NCBI RefSeq assembly: GCF_006345805.1
Contig: NC_042997.1
Span: forward strand, 31,806,001-31,870,000
Direction of reading: 5' to 3'
Source: Octopus sinensis
Taxonomy: Eukaryota
Length of the DNA: 64,000 nt
A model generated the notes under the pieces. It did no database searches. It saw nothing but the letters and a program-made list of their open reading frames with translations, and was not told where the DNA came from. This document shows positions 10,598 through 23,637 of the stretch, piece by piece. A program made the position numbers and the translations under genes. Numbering within the stretch: position 1 is the stretch's first letter; every line of letters starts with the position of its first letter.

Positions 10598-11478
10598 GAA
10601 AAATACAAACTGGGACAAGAACGATACATATACACGTATATATACATATTCAAACATATATACATATAATTATGTATACACACACAGACACTTACACACA
10701 TATATATGCATATATATATAAGCATTTATATACTCGGATATGGCAGAGCTTGTAAACAGGAATGGAAGTCAGTACTCAATTCAAAGTGTATAAAGCACTG
10801 TATTTCTTGTTAGTTTTCGTGTGCATGCTACATGTGCATGCGAATTCACACATTCACACATACATCTACACATTCACAGACACCCACCAAGACAACGGCA
10901 TCACCACCATCATCAGCAACCTTAACAATAACAACAAACATCTTTCTTCACACATTTTTCCCTTTAAAACCTTAAGCTCAAAGCTTAAAGCTCGCAAGCT
11001 ATATGACGCTGGTTAACAAGAAATGATTTAACCAATGGCCTTTTAACCCCGTGAAAGAAACTCTAAAAACTAAAGAAAGAAACAACCCAAAAACAAATAA
11101 GAATAACCAGTAAACCTTGGTGACGTCTACAAGCGAATGCTGGCGACTCTGATTCAACTTGTCTAATAATAAACTATATTTTGATGACCCGATTAAAAGA
11201 CTTGCAAGAATGAAGATTAACTGCTAATTGCCACTGCACTGAGCGTGCAAGCATTTCTGAACGTCTTCCATAGACTTACTGGAGCCCGACGAGGCATCAT
11301 GTAAGAGATGAAAAAGAATGAGCTTATATAGAATAAGCCATCCAAAATATTGCCTTTTCTGGTGGGGGAGGGGGCTCGTCCCCCACCCTCATATAAGACC
11401 ATCATTCCATACCCCCACCAATCATGACCCCTGTCCTGTACTATCCTTATTATTCTTATTCTATGCTTCATACGCATA

Positions 11479-11569
<91 letters not shown>

Positions 11570-11612
11570 TATATATATATATTATATATAATATATATAT
11601 ATATATATATAA

Positions 11613-11655
<43 letters not shown>

Positions 11656-11674
11656 ATATATTATATATATATGT

Positions 11675-11750
<76 letters not shown>

Positions 11751-12185
11751 GTGTATGTGTGTGAGTACAGAGAGAGATGGAGGAAGAGAGATGGACATGC
11801 ATTCTTTGGTGTTGTCGAATAACTTGTTGAAAAAGAACAAAACATTTACTGATGGTGGGACTCTATACATTAAATAAAATGTAATTTATTGATAATGTCG
11901 ATTGGACTGGGAGCTTTTAACGGCTTATTCAACTAGTTAGATAGCTATGTGTTATGAATGTGTGTACAAACGTATTGCACGTTCGCATGCGTTGTGTGTG
12001 TGTGTGGCGAGTGTGTGCACTTATATGCATGTCTATATGCGTGTATGTGTCCCTGTTTGAATCGGACATGAACACGAAACAACAACGCATAATATCAACG
12101 AGTGAATGATTAAGAAATAATGTTATGTAAATATTGGCAACAACAACAATCTAACAAAGGAGCTCCGATTCAAATGTCAAACATC

Positions 12186-12540
12186 TACATATACATACAT
12201 ACATACATACATACATACATACATACATACATGCATACATACATGCATACATACATACATACATACATGCATGCATGCATGCATACATACATGCATGCAT
12301 ACATACATGCATGCATACCCACACACACATATATACATATGTACATACATACATACATACATACATGCATACATACATACATACATACATACATACATAC
12401 ATACATACGTACGTACATACATACATACATACGTACGTACATACATACATACATACATGCATACATACATACATATACATACATACATGCATACATACAT
12501 ACATACATACATACATACATACATACATACATACATACAT
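12186..12540. repeat. (CATA)n microsatellite
   Basis: Direct inspection. Confidence 0.98.
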
Positions 12541-13189
12541 AAAGATGGCGCCTACATCAGACGTTCTGGCGTAGAGGACCGTTTAAAATCTCTGTTTGAA
12601 TGTTTTCTTCTACATTTATATCGACTCCTCCAGCCTAAATCAGTAAATGCTTCATTTCTGCCATTATAAATATTTGAAACACCTTTTACGGACATAGCGT
12701 TATCCAGACCGGGTTTAAACACAAAAAAAAAAGACATACCATATACCTTATACAATGTGGAATTTCGTTAACAGTATCATGGCTGTAATTAACGGTACAG
12801 CATACATACCAAGTGCAACCATGACAGGCCTAATGCCATTGTTTGGGACAGAAATTAAAAGATATGAACCGTTATTGAGGTCAGCTATCCTTCTGACGTG
12901 TATATCAATTCGAAAGTCACAAAGAAACAGGATAACCGCAGACAATCTCTTCGAAACTTTCAGCTTCTAGACACAGGTTTAAAATTCAGTTATACCAATA
13001 AATAAACAGTAAACTTGGCTTTGGGAATAAATACCTATGTGACAATCTGGATAAGCCTCGGTTTTTAGAATAGAACTCAACCAGCTATAATATACACATT
13101 TTACATACAATCCATAAGCGGAACAGTAAAAGGATGCAAAACTTTTCTTAGTTTCAAAACGTGAATTATATTTTTTACCTACATTCCAA

Positions 13190-13815
13190 CAATGGAATAT
13201 TGTTCTTTGTTAGAAACCAGCTTCTTTCTTGCAGCTGTATGTATTCCTCACTGTGTCCTTAAGATGATCTTTGAACACGTTCTTGATCTTGGTCAACATC
13301 TCGGCCCTGGTGTTGCAGGTAATGCAATTGGTGTCTTTCACAACCGCGTCCCGCACATACTAATCTATGGCAATACAACTAGGAGAATTGGAAGGTCATA
13401 GACTGGGATTGGTGAAGTCGTAGAAATTCTCCGAAAAGCGTATCTGATATTTTCCGGAGCAAAGAAATGAATTCTGCTACCACACATATGTACTGTCAGC
13501 AGTAACTCTCTTGAGCCAGTGTTTGACCACAGTCGCTAGTATCTTCAAATAGCCGTCTGAACTGAGTCTAAAGCTATGTTCAAAGATGTGGGACATCGTC
13601 ATGTCACCCTCACTGGAGACGCATCCCAAAACTATCACAGTTTAGGGAAACCTGGTTTCCATGATGTTCATGCCACGTCTTGTAGGCTTTATCATAGTCA
13701 CAGAGCCTTGAGCAGCTGTTACGATGTCGCATTTCCACAGAAGGCGCGAGTCATCATGACATAGATAATTCTTTTTCAATATCTAGATGGCTTCCCAGTA
13801 ATCCATGTTAGTTGA
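13190..13815 (-). mobile_element. Decayed, internally deleted Tc1/mariner transposon (DD37D/maT-like)
   Basis: Minus strand encodes degenerate VMVFGCVSSEGD...FRLSSDGY...ENFYDFTNP...PSNSP and is homologous to 24901-25520. Confidence 0.75.
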
Positions 13816-13907
13816 CTTTTGCTCTTCATTGCCGTTGACTGTTCACTAATACATCAAACACTTTCTCGAAAAGGAAACAAGAAACAATGGAATTCAGCTT
13901 GAGTACT

Positions 13908-14167
13908 CTGTATGTATGTATGTATGTATGTATGTATGTGTGTTGTATGTTTGTATGTATGTATGTATGTATGTATGTATGTATGTATTATGTATGTATG
14001 TATGTATGTATGTACGTATGTATGTTATGTATGTATGTATGTATGTATTGTATGTATGTATGTATATGTATGTATGTATGTATGTATGTACGTATGTATG
14101 TATGTATGTATGTATGTAGGTATGTATGTATGTATGTAGGTATGTATGTATGTATGTTGTATGTATG

Positions 14168-14199
<32 letters not shown>

Positions 14200-14930
14200 C
14201 GTATGTATGTATTAATGTATGTATGTATGTATGTATGTATGTATGTTTGTATGTATGTATGTATGTATGTATGTATGTACGTATGTATGTATGTACGTAT
14301 GTATGTATGTACGTATGTATGTATGTACGTATGTATGTATGTATGTATGTATGTATGTATGTACGTATGTATGTATGTATGTTGTATGTATGTATGTATG
14401 GTATGTATGTATGTATGTATGTATGTATGTAGTATGTATGTTGTATGTATGTATGTATGTATGTATGTTATGTATGTATGTATGTATGTATGTATGTTAT
14501 GTATGTATGTATGTATGTACGTATGTATGTATGTATGTATGTATGTATGTATGTATTATGTATGTATGTATGTATTTTGTATGTATGTATGTATGTAGTA
14601 TGTATGTATGTACGTATGTATGTATGTTTGTATGTATGTTATGTATGTATGTATGGTATGTATGTATGTATGTATGTATGTATGTATTATGTATGTATGT
14701 ATGTAATGTATGTATGTATGTATGCATGCATGTATGTATGTATGTATGTATGTATGTATGTGTATATGTACGTATGAATACGTACGTATGTAGGTGTGTA
14801 TGTATGTGTGTATGTGTGTATGTATGTATGTATGTATGTATGTATGTATGTATGTATGTATGTATGTACGTATGAATACGTACGTATGTAGGTGTGTATG
14901 TACGTACATACGTACTTACGTATGTATGTA
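13908..14930. repeat. (TATG)n microsatellite, about 1 kb
   Basis: Direct inspection; source of the spurious MYVC ORFs. Confidence 0.98.
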
Positions 14931-15514
14931 CACGTGCATGTGTTTTGTACAATTTTGTATTTGAGAAAAAGTTAGTTATCAATCTATGTCCAACCTTATT
15001 ATTCCATCGCAAATTCGTCCAATAATATTCTTTTGTAATTCTATATAACCTACTCTGCATTCATTAAGATATTTAAATAGTTTTGCTGTATGCTCGTCAC
15101 ATATGCAAAATTAAACGTCCTATTTGATCGTAATCGTTTCACAATCAGCAACGAGATACTCGGAGTACATATTTGTGAAGCTTGAGCTGTCCTGTAAACT
15201 TCATCATTAATCTATATGCTTATGTTTATTTCTACTATTCTATCTTACGTTAATATATATATATATATATAGTTGAATTTCGGGATGGTCGTTTTTTTGC
15301 CAAATAATCACATGCACAATATGTTATTAATGTTCTTATTTCATCTCTTCCTACATGTGTGTATGTATCTATATCTATCTATCCGTATGTATAAGTATTT
15401 TACAAGCTTCAAGCTTATAAGAGATCACCGTGCAATGACTAAAGAAAAAGTCTAATAATTATTAGACTATTTTCTTTGACTATAAGCTCTCGACAGAAAA
15501 AAGTAGGTTTTCCT

Positions 15515-15585
15515 GTACGCGCGCGACTCGAACCCACACCTCTTCGTTTACACAGCTAGATGTGCTACCATTGCATCAACGCACC
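15515..15585 (-). pseudogene. Degenerate tRNA-Thr(TGT)-like Pol III head
   Basis: Minus strand ggtgcgttgatgcaatggtagcacatctagctgTGTaaacgaagaggtgtgggttcgagtc, with B-box GGTTCGAGTC. Confidence 0.55.
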
Positions 15586-15777
15586 AACCTGCTTCTTTCT
15601 GTCAGATTTAAGGACTATAATTAGTTCGTAGTTGTTTTTTGTAAACAAACTGTCATTTGCTTTCACTGCGATGGTTTTGCTAAGCAGCGTCAATTTTTTG
15701 CTGGTCTTCTTCTTCTTCTTCTCCTTTTTCTTCTTCTTCTTCTTCTTCTTCTTCTTCTTCTTCTTCTTCTTCTTCTT

Positions 15778-15866
<89 letters not shown>

Positions 15867-15867
<1 letters not shown>

Positions 15868-16104
15868 GAGTGAGAGAGCAGTTCATGCCATCAAAGTGAC
15901 ACTGGGGTAAAATATACGAAGCCCAGTATACCCATCATGACTACCCGTCTGATAAAGGTACACCAGGCACATGCATCGCGACCACATGTGCGCGACATGT
16001 TGATCTCATATCGAGATAAACAGCACATGACCTTGCAGGTGGGGTCCAGTTAGAATTTTCTTCAGGTTGAGTAGCCCATCCCGCTCAAACGGTCCCTGAA
16101 TAAG
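15867..16104 (-). mobile_element. 3' half of a (TAA)n-tailed non-coding retroelement
   Basis: Near-identical to 19451 to about 19686; (TAA)n tail at 15808-15866. Confidence 0.9.
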
Positions 16105-18390
16105 CGCAGCTCTGTGTGCCTTGGGTATGTGCTGTGATTTGTTGTGATGCTCTGATGGTTATTGTATGGAAAGTGTTCTGCGTAGGATGTGTGCAGTGCC
16201 TAGTAGTGCAATTTTCTGTATGTTATATGTGTTTGTAAGTCCTGGTGTTTTTGTTATGTATTTGTCTGAATATTTTTTTATCATGCCTAATGCACCTACT
16301 ATGATAGGAATTGTTTCTGTTTTCAGATTCCACATTCTAGTTACCTCTATTTCCAGGTCTTTGTATTTTGAGAGTTTCTCCATTTCTTTTAGAGACACGT
16401 TATCATCTGCCGGTATTGATACATCAATTAGAAAGCATCTTTTTTCTCTCATGATCTCTGACAACTATATCTGGTCTGTTGGCCTTAATTTCTCTATCTG
16501 TGTGTATCGGCATATCCCAGAGTATGGTTGCTTTCTCGTTTTCTGTGACCTTTTCTGGTGTGTGCCTATACCATCTTTTTTCTGTTGTTATTCCATAATG
16601 TTGGCATAGCTTCCATGTATGTAGGTTCCAACTCTGTCATGTCTGTGAATATATTCCTTCTTAGCCAGGACTGGGCAGCTAGAGATAATATGATTTATTG
16701 TTTCTTGTCCATCTCCACATATTCTGCAGTTACTTGTAATATTTCTTTTCATTACATGTTTTTGGTAATTTCTGGTGGGGAGGCTTTGGTCTTGTGCTGC
16801 AATTAAAAATCCCTCTGTTTCTGCTTTGAGTCCTGAGCTTCTCAACCATTGCTGGGATTTTCCTTTGTCTATTTCTTTTGCGTTTAGTTTAGTCCAGTAT
16901 TTACCATGAAGGGGCTTTTCTTGCCATCGTTTTATCATGGTTCGTTGCTGTTCTATTTTTAGTTTTTGGATTTTTTTGTTTATAGCTTTTGTTGTTTCTT
17001 CATCATCATCTTCTTCTTCTTCTTCGTGTTTATTAGGTGGTATGATTTCCTGTTTGAATTTGTCAGCTTCCTTAAATACTGAGAACAGTTTTTTGTTTTG
17101 CTCGTGTTTTGCCGCTATCTGGATCAGTTTTCCTTCCTTCTGAAGTAGGTATTTTTGCAGTCCTATGGTGGTTATTTTATAGTAGTTTTCCAGCTGTATA
17201 AGGCCTCTGCCAACTTCTATACGTTGTATATATAGTCTTTCTATGTCAAATTTTGGGTGATGCATCCTAGATCCTGTCAGTATTTTTCTTGTTTTCCTAT
17301 CTATTTTGGACAGTTCATTTCGTGTCCAGTTAAGGATATTGTAGCTGTAACTAATAACTGGGACAGCTAAAGTGTTGATACCTATTATCTTGTTTTTAGC
17401 ATTGAGCTCTGTTTTTAGTATTGATCTAACTTGTCTATAATATTCTTTTTTTATTTTCTCTTTCATTTGTGTGTGTTGTGTCTTATCTAGTTCATGGATT
17501 CCTAAGTATTTGTAAGTTTGGCTTTGGTCTAATTCTTTTATTTCATTGGTTTTATCTAGTGTGATGTTGTTACTCTTAACTAGTTTTCCTCTTTTCATGG
17601 TTACTTTGGCGCATTTTTCTAATCCAAATTTCATATCTATTTCTTTGGTAAATCCATGAACTGTCTTTAATAGTGTTTCCAGCTGTTTGTCATTTGCAGC
17701 GTATAGTTTTAGGTCATCCATATATAAAAGGTGGCTGATCGTTTTGCCGTAACATTTATATCCGCATCCAGTTCTATTTAGCATATCAGATAGAGGTGAC
17801 AGTGCCAAGCAGAAAAGGAGTGGAGAGAGTGTGTCTCCCTGGAATATTCCTCTTCTATTGGGGATGTCTTTGGTTTTCATGAGTCCCTCTTTTGTTTGGA
17901 GGTGTAGGACTGTTTGCCATTTATTCATAGAGTGCTCTATGAATTTTATGATTGTTGGTGCTACTTTGTTAATGGCTAGTGTTTCGAGGATCCATGTGTG
18001 GGGGATGCTTTCAAACGCCTTTTTGTAGTCAATCCAGGCCATACTGAGGCCTTTCTTCTTTCTGTGGCTGTCTTCAGTTACGGCTTTATTGATCATTAGT
18101 TGATCTTTACAGCTATATGAGCCTTTGCGGCATCCTTTCTGCTCTTCTGGGAACAGTTTGTTTTCGTCCAGGTACTTGTTCAGCCTTTGCGATATCACTG
18201 CAGTAAATGCCTTGAACATAGTAGGGAGGCAGGTTATTGGTCTGTAGTTTTCTGGTTTTTCTGTTTCATTTGATTTGGGAATTAAGATGGTTTTCCCCTT
18301 CGTGAGCCATTCAGGCATTGTCTCTGGCTATGCTAGTATGCTGTTAAAGTTTTCAGCCAGCTTTTTGTGCATTCCTGTTAGATATTTCTA
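16105..18390 (-). mobile_element. R4/Dong-clade non-LTR retrotransposon, 5'-truncated (RT + CCHC + REL endonuclease)
   Basis: ORF 18318-16588 has YRPITCL, QKGC, AWIDYKKAF, RGIFQGDTLSPLLF, HLLYMDDLKLY and CRICGDGQETINHIISSC...RHD. After two frameshifts it continues RPDIV...CFLIDVSIP...EKLSKYKDL...IIVGALG (REL). Confidence 0.92.
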
Positions 18391-18396
18391 TTATTA

Positions 18397-18427
<31 letters not shown>

Positions 18428-18439
18428 TTATTATTATTA

Positions 18440-18472
<33 letters not shown>

Positions 18473-18473
<1 letters not shown>

Positions 18474-19143
18474 GCCTTCGTACAGCTTCTAACGCTGGAG
18501 TTTTACTACCGTGTCAGGTATTAATTACCGGTGAACTAAGGTAACACCTCTTATTTTTCGAGCACCTTCCGGAGTATTTGAACGGTTCCAATCAGTGCTA
18601 TTTTCTGCAAGTGCTCCATCCTTATTGCACCCCTATTTGTTCCACGTACTTCTCGAGATTTTGTTCACTATTCCCAGGGCTCCGACAACTATTGGTACGA
18701 CTGCTAGATTTTTCATCGACCACAACTGCTTAACTTCCCAAGCTAACCTGTCATATCTCTCGACTTTTCTTTCTTCCTTATCGCATACCTTGTTGTCAGC
18801 TTGGGCATGCTATATCTATGATCCAGCATAGCTAGCTTTCTTCCTCAATTAAGACCATGTCTGGTTTCATATTCTCTATCTCATGGTCGCACTGACTCAT
18901 AATACCCCATAGGATTTTTGCATTTCCATTTTCCACGATGCCTTCAGGTTTGTGGTCGTACAAATTTTTGGCTCTGTCAAGTCCATACTTGTTGCAAAGT
19001 GTCCAATGGACAAGCTTTGCTATATTGTCGTGGCGTCTCTTATAATCCTTTTGGGCCAGTGGCGTACATTGGTTGGTAATATGCCATACGGTTTCACCGA
19101 TTTGTCCACAGATTGTGCACTTATCACTTGCTAGTGTGTTGTC
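18473..19143 (-). mobile_element. Second, divergent R4/Dong-type 3' fragment with (TAA)n tail
   Basis: Manual translation KCTICGQIGETVWHITNQCTPLAQKDYKRRHDNIAKLVHWTLCNKYGL...HKPEGIVEN..AKILW, then degenerate REL and IVVGALG. The tail is the (TAT)n tract at 18390-18472. Confidence 0.85.
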
Positions 19144-19218
19144 TATTGTGTATTTTATGCAGTTTGTTTTTAGTGCTTTTCCTCCTCCTCCTCCTCCTCC
19201 TCCTCCTCCTCCTCCTCC

Positions 19219-19274
<56 letters not shown>

Positions 19275-19450
19275 GTCATCGTCATTATTAATGTTCTGAG
19301 ATCAAATTCGGCCTTGTCTTTCATCCTTTCAGAGTCAATAAAATAACTACCAGTTTAACACTGGGAGAGTCGATGTAATCGACTGATTACTTCCCCTGGA
19401 GTTGTTGGCCTTGTGCAAAAATTTGAAATCATTATCATTATTATTATTAT

Positions 19451-20000
19451 TGAGTGAGAGAGCAGTGCATGCCATCAAAGTGACACTGGAGTAAAATATA
19501 CGAAGCCCAGTATACCCATCATGACTACCCGTCTGATAAGGGTACACTAGGCGCATGCATCACAACCATATGTGCGCGACATGGTGATCTCATATCAAGA
19601 TAAACAGCACATGACCTTGCAGGTGGGGCCCCTTAGAATTTTCTTCAGGTTGAGTAGCCCATCCCGCTCAAAGGTCCCTGAATAAGGGTTGTTTAAGGAT
19701 GTTGAAAGAACCACCCATGTTTCCAGAGGTGAATTATTCAAACCCAAAGAATCCCCCTCAACACATGGCCATGATGCTCCCCCACTACTTCTGCTCGTGA
19801 TCAGAGATGCACAATCATCAGCCACTAAGGGACATGCTCAACTGGTTACGGTCAACAACTGACAAGCAAATCTGTGGTATTGAGCAGAATATTTGCTGTA
19901 GCCCATCTTTTATACCAAGACAAAACAATGTACATGATAACACTTCCAATCAGTTAAGATCAGAAGCCATGAGAGCCACTGCCTGGTACTGCATCAGGGC

Positions 20001-20002
<2 letters not shown>
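19451..20002 (-). mobile_element. About 550-bp non-coding element with (TAA)n on both sides (non-autonomous retroelement)
   Basis: Bounded by (tta)n at 19435-19450 and 20003-20070; no long ORF; partial copies at 15867-16104, 7853 and 8010. Confidence 0.8.
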
Positions 20003-20072
<70 letters not shown>

Positions 20073-20142
20073 ACTGGACTATAGTGGTGATAGCAACGAT
20101 ATCGATGATGATGACGATGAAGATAGATGATGTCATTACAAC

Positions 20143-20175
<33 letters not shown>

Positions 20176-20951
20176 GGTGGTGGTGATGATGATGATGATG
20201 ACGAAGATGATGTTAATGTTGGATTTGGTGGTGGTGGTGGTGACCATGTCGATGACAATGATAATATTGATGCTGCTGATGCTACTGATAGTGATGACTA
20301 TGATAACATCAATGCCTACGAAAATGATGAATCTGAAAAAAGAAAAGAAAAGATATTAAAGCTCATCCACATTAAATTATAGATCTGTCCCCCCTCGTAC
20401 CTCTCCTCTACTCCTTCGCACAGCATTATTGATATAATGTGTGTTTAACGAACAAACAATAACAAGCAGAAACAAAATTCACTTGATCATTTTGTTATAT
20501 TGACTTGCTACGTCTTTTTAATACACACTCTCTTTTTTTTTTTATAAATAATTTCATAAAATACATTTTGTAATATACGCGTGTGTGTATGTGCTTGCGT
20601 GTGCGAATGTATTATCTTAAAAAGTGGGCAAAAATTGCAAAGAAGAAAAGACAGCAGACAGAATACCAAAACCAGTCTTTTAACCCTTTGCACTTCCATT
20701 GAGAAGCTCCGAGGCTGCTAAGGCTCGAAATTTTGGACGGTCTGTGAGATGAAAGCCAGTTGGTTTCTTTGGATGTTTGTGGGAAGTATTAGTTTAATAG
20801 AAAGGGCCTTTCAAAATACTGATAAACTAACTTACCCACCCTTCACATAAGCTCTTATTCTTTGTAGCTCACAACAGTCTGCTAAACGAAAATGAAAAGA
20901 TGCATTCCATCCAAAGGATAGAGCCATTGTGTGTATGCATACTTACGTCAA

Positions 20952-21010
<59 letters not shown>

Positions 21011-21129
21011 TGTGTTTGTTTATGTGTATGTATATTGTTATTGACTTTATTATTTAAAACAGTTTGATGGCCTCATGGCAGGAACCAAGCTCGTGAAACT
21101 CGGGCGGCTGAATCATATATATATACTTA

Positions 21130-21350
21130 CGAGGGGTTGCTAAAATATTCCTGGCTTTGGGTTAAAGTGAATACACAAAGAACAATAAATTATGATTGTA
21201 TTGAACATATTACCCTCTTAGATTCACACACTTATTGCGGTGCTCTGTCAGCTTTTTTCCAAACCCCTTAAAAGAACTCGGAAGTTTGGGCCTCCAAGCA
21301 CGACATTTGCGAAACCCTTAAAGCCAGGAACTTTTCAGCATCACCCCACT
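21130..21350. mobile_element. Mariner-type MITE (related copy at 23034-23196)
   Basis: Imperfect TIRs gaggggttgctaaaatattcctggcttt and aaagccaggaacttttcagcatcacccc; internal aagaactcggaag..tgggcctcca is shared with the second copy. Confidence 0.7.
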
Positions 21351-22139
21351 GGAATGGGAGAAAGCGCTAATAATCCGAATGATATGATCTGAATGATATG
21401 ATATATATATGTAAAAAATGTAATATATAAATAAATATCTATAAATATGAACCATCCGATCTTCTGATTACCTCATTTCTTCTAATATATATATATTTGT
21501 TTGCTTGTTATCAGTCGTAAGACACTTGTTGTTTTTTCACCGTTAATGCTTCTGTATTTCATGTTTCTGTATTCATATTGTTTTTTTTTTTTTTTATATA
21601 TATCCCCTTTTGCTGTCCTGGTGTTCGTACATTCGATCCTTCTTCAGGAAATCTACTGCTTTCAGCTTAGTTTTTCTTGGAGGGCTGGCCGTGATCTAGT
21701 AAACAAGATTAATCAGCCGAAATCTACGATATCCGGTTCTTGACTGAAGACTGAGGGGTTCGAATGTCCTGTCCATGTTTATTGTATCGTCTTCTATGAG
21801 TTATACGTTCTTGTCCATGTTGTATTTTTCTACATACCTATATATATAATTATATAACTATATATATATGTGTATGCGCGTGCATCTACCTGTTTGTGGA
21901 TGCATATGTTATAGGCGTGTAGATTGGAGAATTATGTGTGGTATACTAATTTTTTTCTTATATATCAAAGTACATACAGAGTTGTTTTGGTTTTTGTTTA
22001 CACTTAGTTGTTACTCTTACTCATTGGACTACAGCTATAATCGTACGGTGTTGTCGCGGATCTGAAATTATTTTTTCAGACATGTACTAATATAACTGTT
22101 GATAGACTGACGATGTTTTACCTTTTTGTTATAAATGGT

Positions 22140-22667
22140 GATAATTCTGTGCACTCATTCAACATTTAACACTGCAGGTACTGCATGTACGCACCCGATT
22201 GTCGACCTCTCAAACGAATGAAAACATGAAAATTCTTGAACTGATCTCGGAGGACGTCTTGGAACAATTGACGAACTTGTTGATATGACAGGTGTACTCT
22301 GAGTTCCTGCCAACGAATTGTGAGTGGAGAATTGCGAATGAAAGAGTTGCGGCAAAATTTGGGCCTCGCTTGCTCAAGAACAGTGGGAAGTTGATCCGGA
22401 TCTTTTTTCGAAGGTCATTATTGGTGACGAAAGCCGGTGCTACGGAATTTGCAGGTGTGGGACAGGTGAAGAAAAACACTACGGGGGCGTAAAAAGGCAT
22501 AATTTCGCAAGAGTTTCAGCACTCCTTCTAGCAAGGGAAAACACGTATGGACCGATGCATCGCTTCAAATGGAGAATAATTTGAAGGCGATAAATGTGTG
22601 AACATCTAAATCTAAGTGAATAAAATAACCTTACAAAATTCGGGTTTCTTTTGGGTACCCCCTCGTA
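22140..22667 (+). mobile_element. Internally deleted mariner transposase remnant with right TIR
   Basis: Degenerate RPSTSQTNEN...ELRMKRVAAKF.PRLL...IIGDESRCY and C-terminal RMDRCIASNGE.FEGD; ends ...gggtaccccctcg-TA. Confidence 0.75.
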
Positions 22668-22685
22668 TGTATATATATACATACA

Positions 22686-22999
<314 letters not shown>

Positions 23000-23253
23000 T
23001 CCTATACACATGATATATGTGTACATATATGAATGAGTGGATACTGAAAAGTTCCAGGCTTTGGGTAAAAGAAAATATAGGAAGATCATTTGATCATGAT
23101 TTTATTTACACACTTATTACAGTGGTCCTTAAGTTTTTCTAAGTCCTGTAAAAGAACTCGGAAGGTTGGGCCTCCAGCCAGGCTTTCGCAGCACCCACAT
23201 CGTATTAGTACCAAGCGCCAGTCGTGCATTTTAATTATTTACTGATTTCAAAT

Positions 23254-23637
23254 GGATGGAAGCACTCCGTCGGTTACGACGACGAGGGTTCCGGTTGATC
23301 CGAATCAACGGAACAGCCTGCTCGTGAAATTAACGTGTAAGTGGCTGAGCACTCCCACGACACGTGTACCCTTAACGTAGTTCTCGGGATATTCAGCGTG
23401 ACACAGAGAGTGACAAGGCCGGCCCCTTGAAATACAGGTACAACAGAAAAGGAAGTAAGAGTGAGAGAAAGTTGTGGTGAAAGAGTACAGCAGGGATCAC
23501 CACCATCCCCTGCCGGAGCCGCGTGGAGCTTTAGGTGTTTTCGCTCAATAAATACTCACAATGCCCGGTCTGGGAATCGAAACCGCGATCCTATGACCGC
23601 GAGTCCGCTGCCCTAACCACTGGGCCATTGCGCCTCC
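23254..23637 (-). mobile_element. Full-length tRNA-derived SINE (family C) with 13-bp TSD
   Basis: Head gtggaggcgcaatggcccagtggttagggcagcggactcgcgg...ggtttcgattccc; TSD actgatttcaaat at 23241-23253 and 23638-23650. Confidence 0.92.

Noticed and set aside
12550-12980. Unique sequence with short ORFs (DLNNGSY resembles a filamin/NXPE-type motif)
   Set aside because: Surrounding residues do not fit and there are no convincing splice sites.
19930-20002. Possible snRNA-derived head of the 550-bp element
   Set aside because: No real match to U2 or other snRNAs that I can recall.
21630-21775. Two inverted CTGAAGA...TCGAATGT motifs and a ggctg/cagcc stem before GAAAT
   Set aside because: Cores are incomplete (GAAT) and there is no stem I; cannot be supported as ribozymes.
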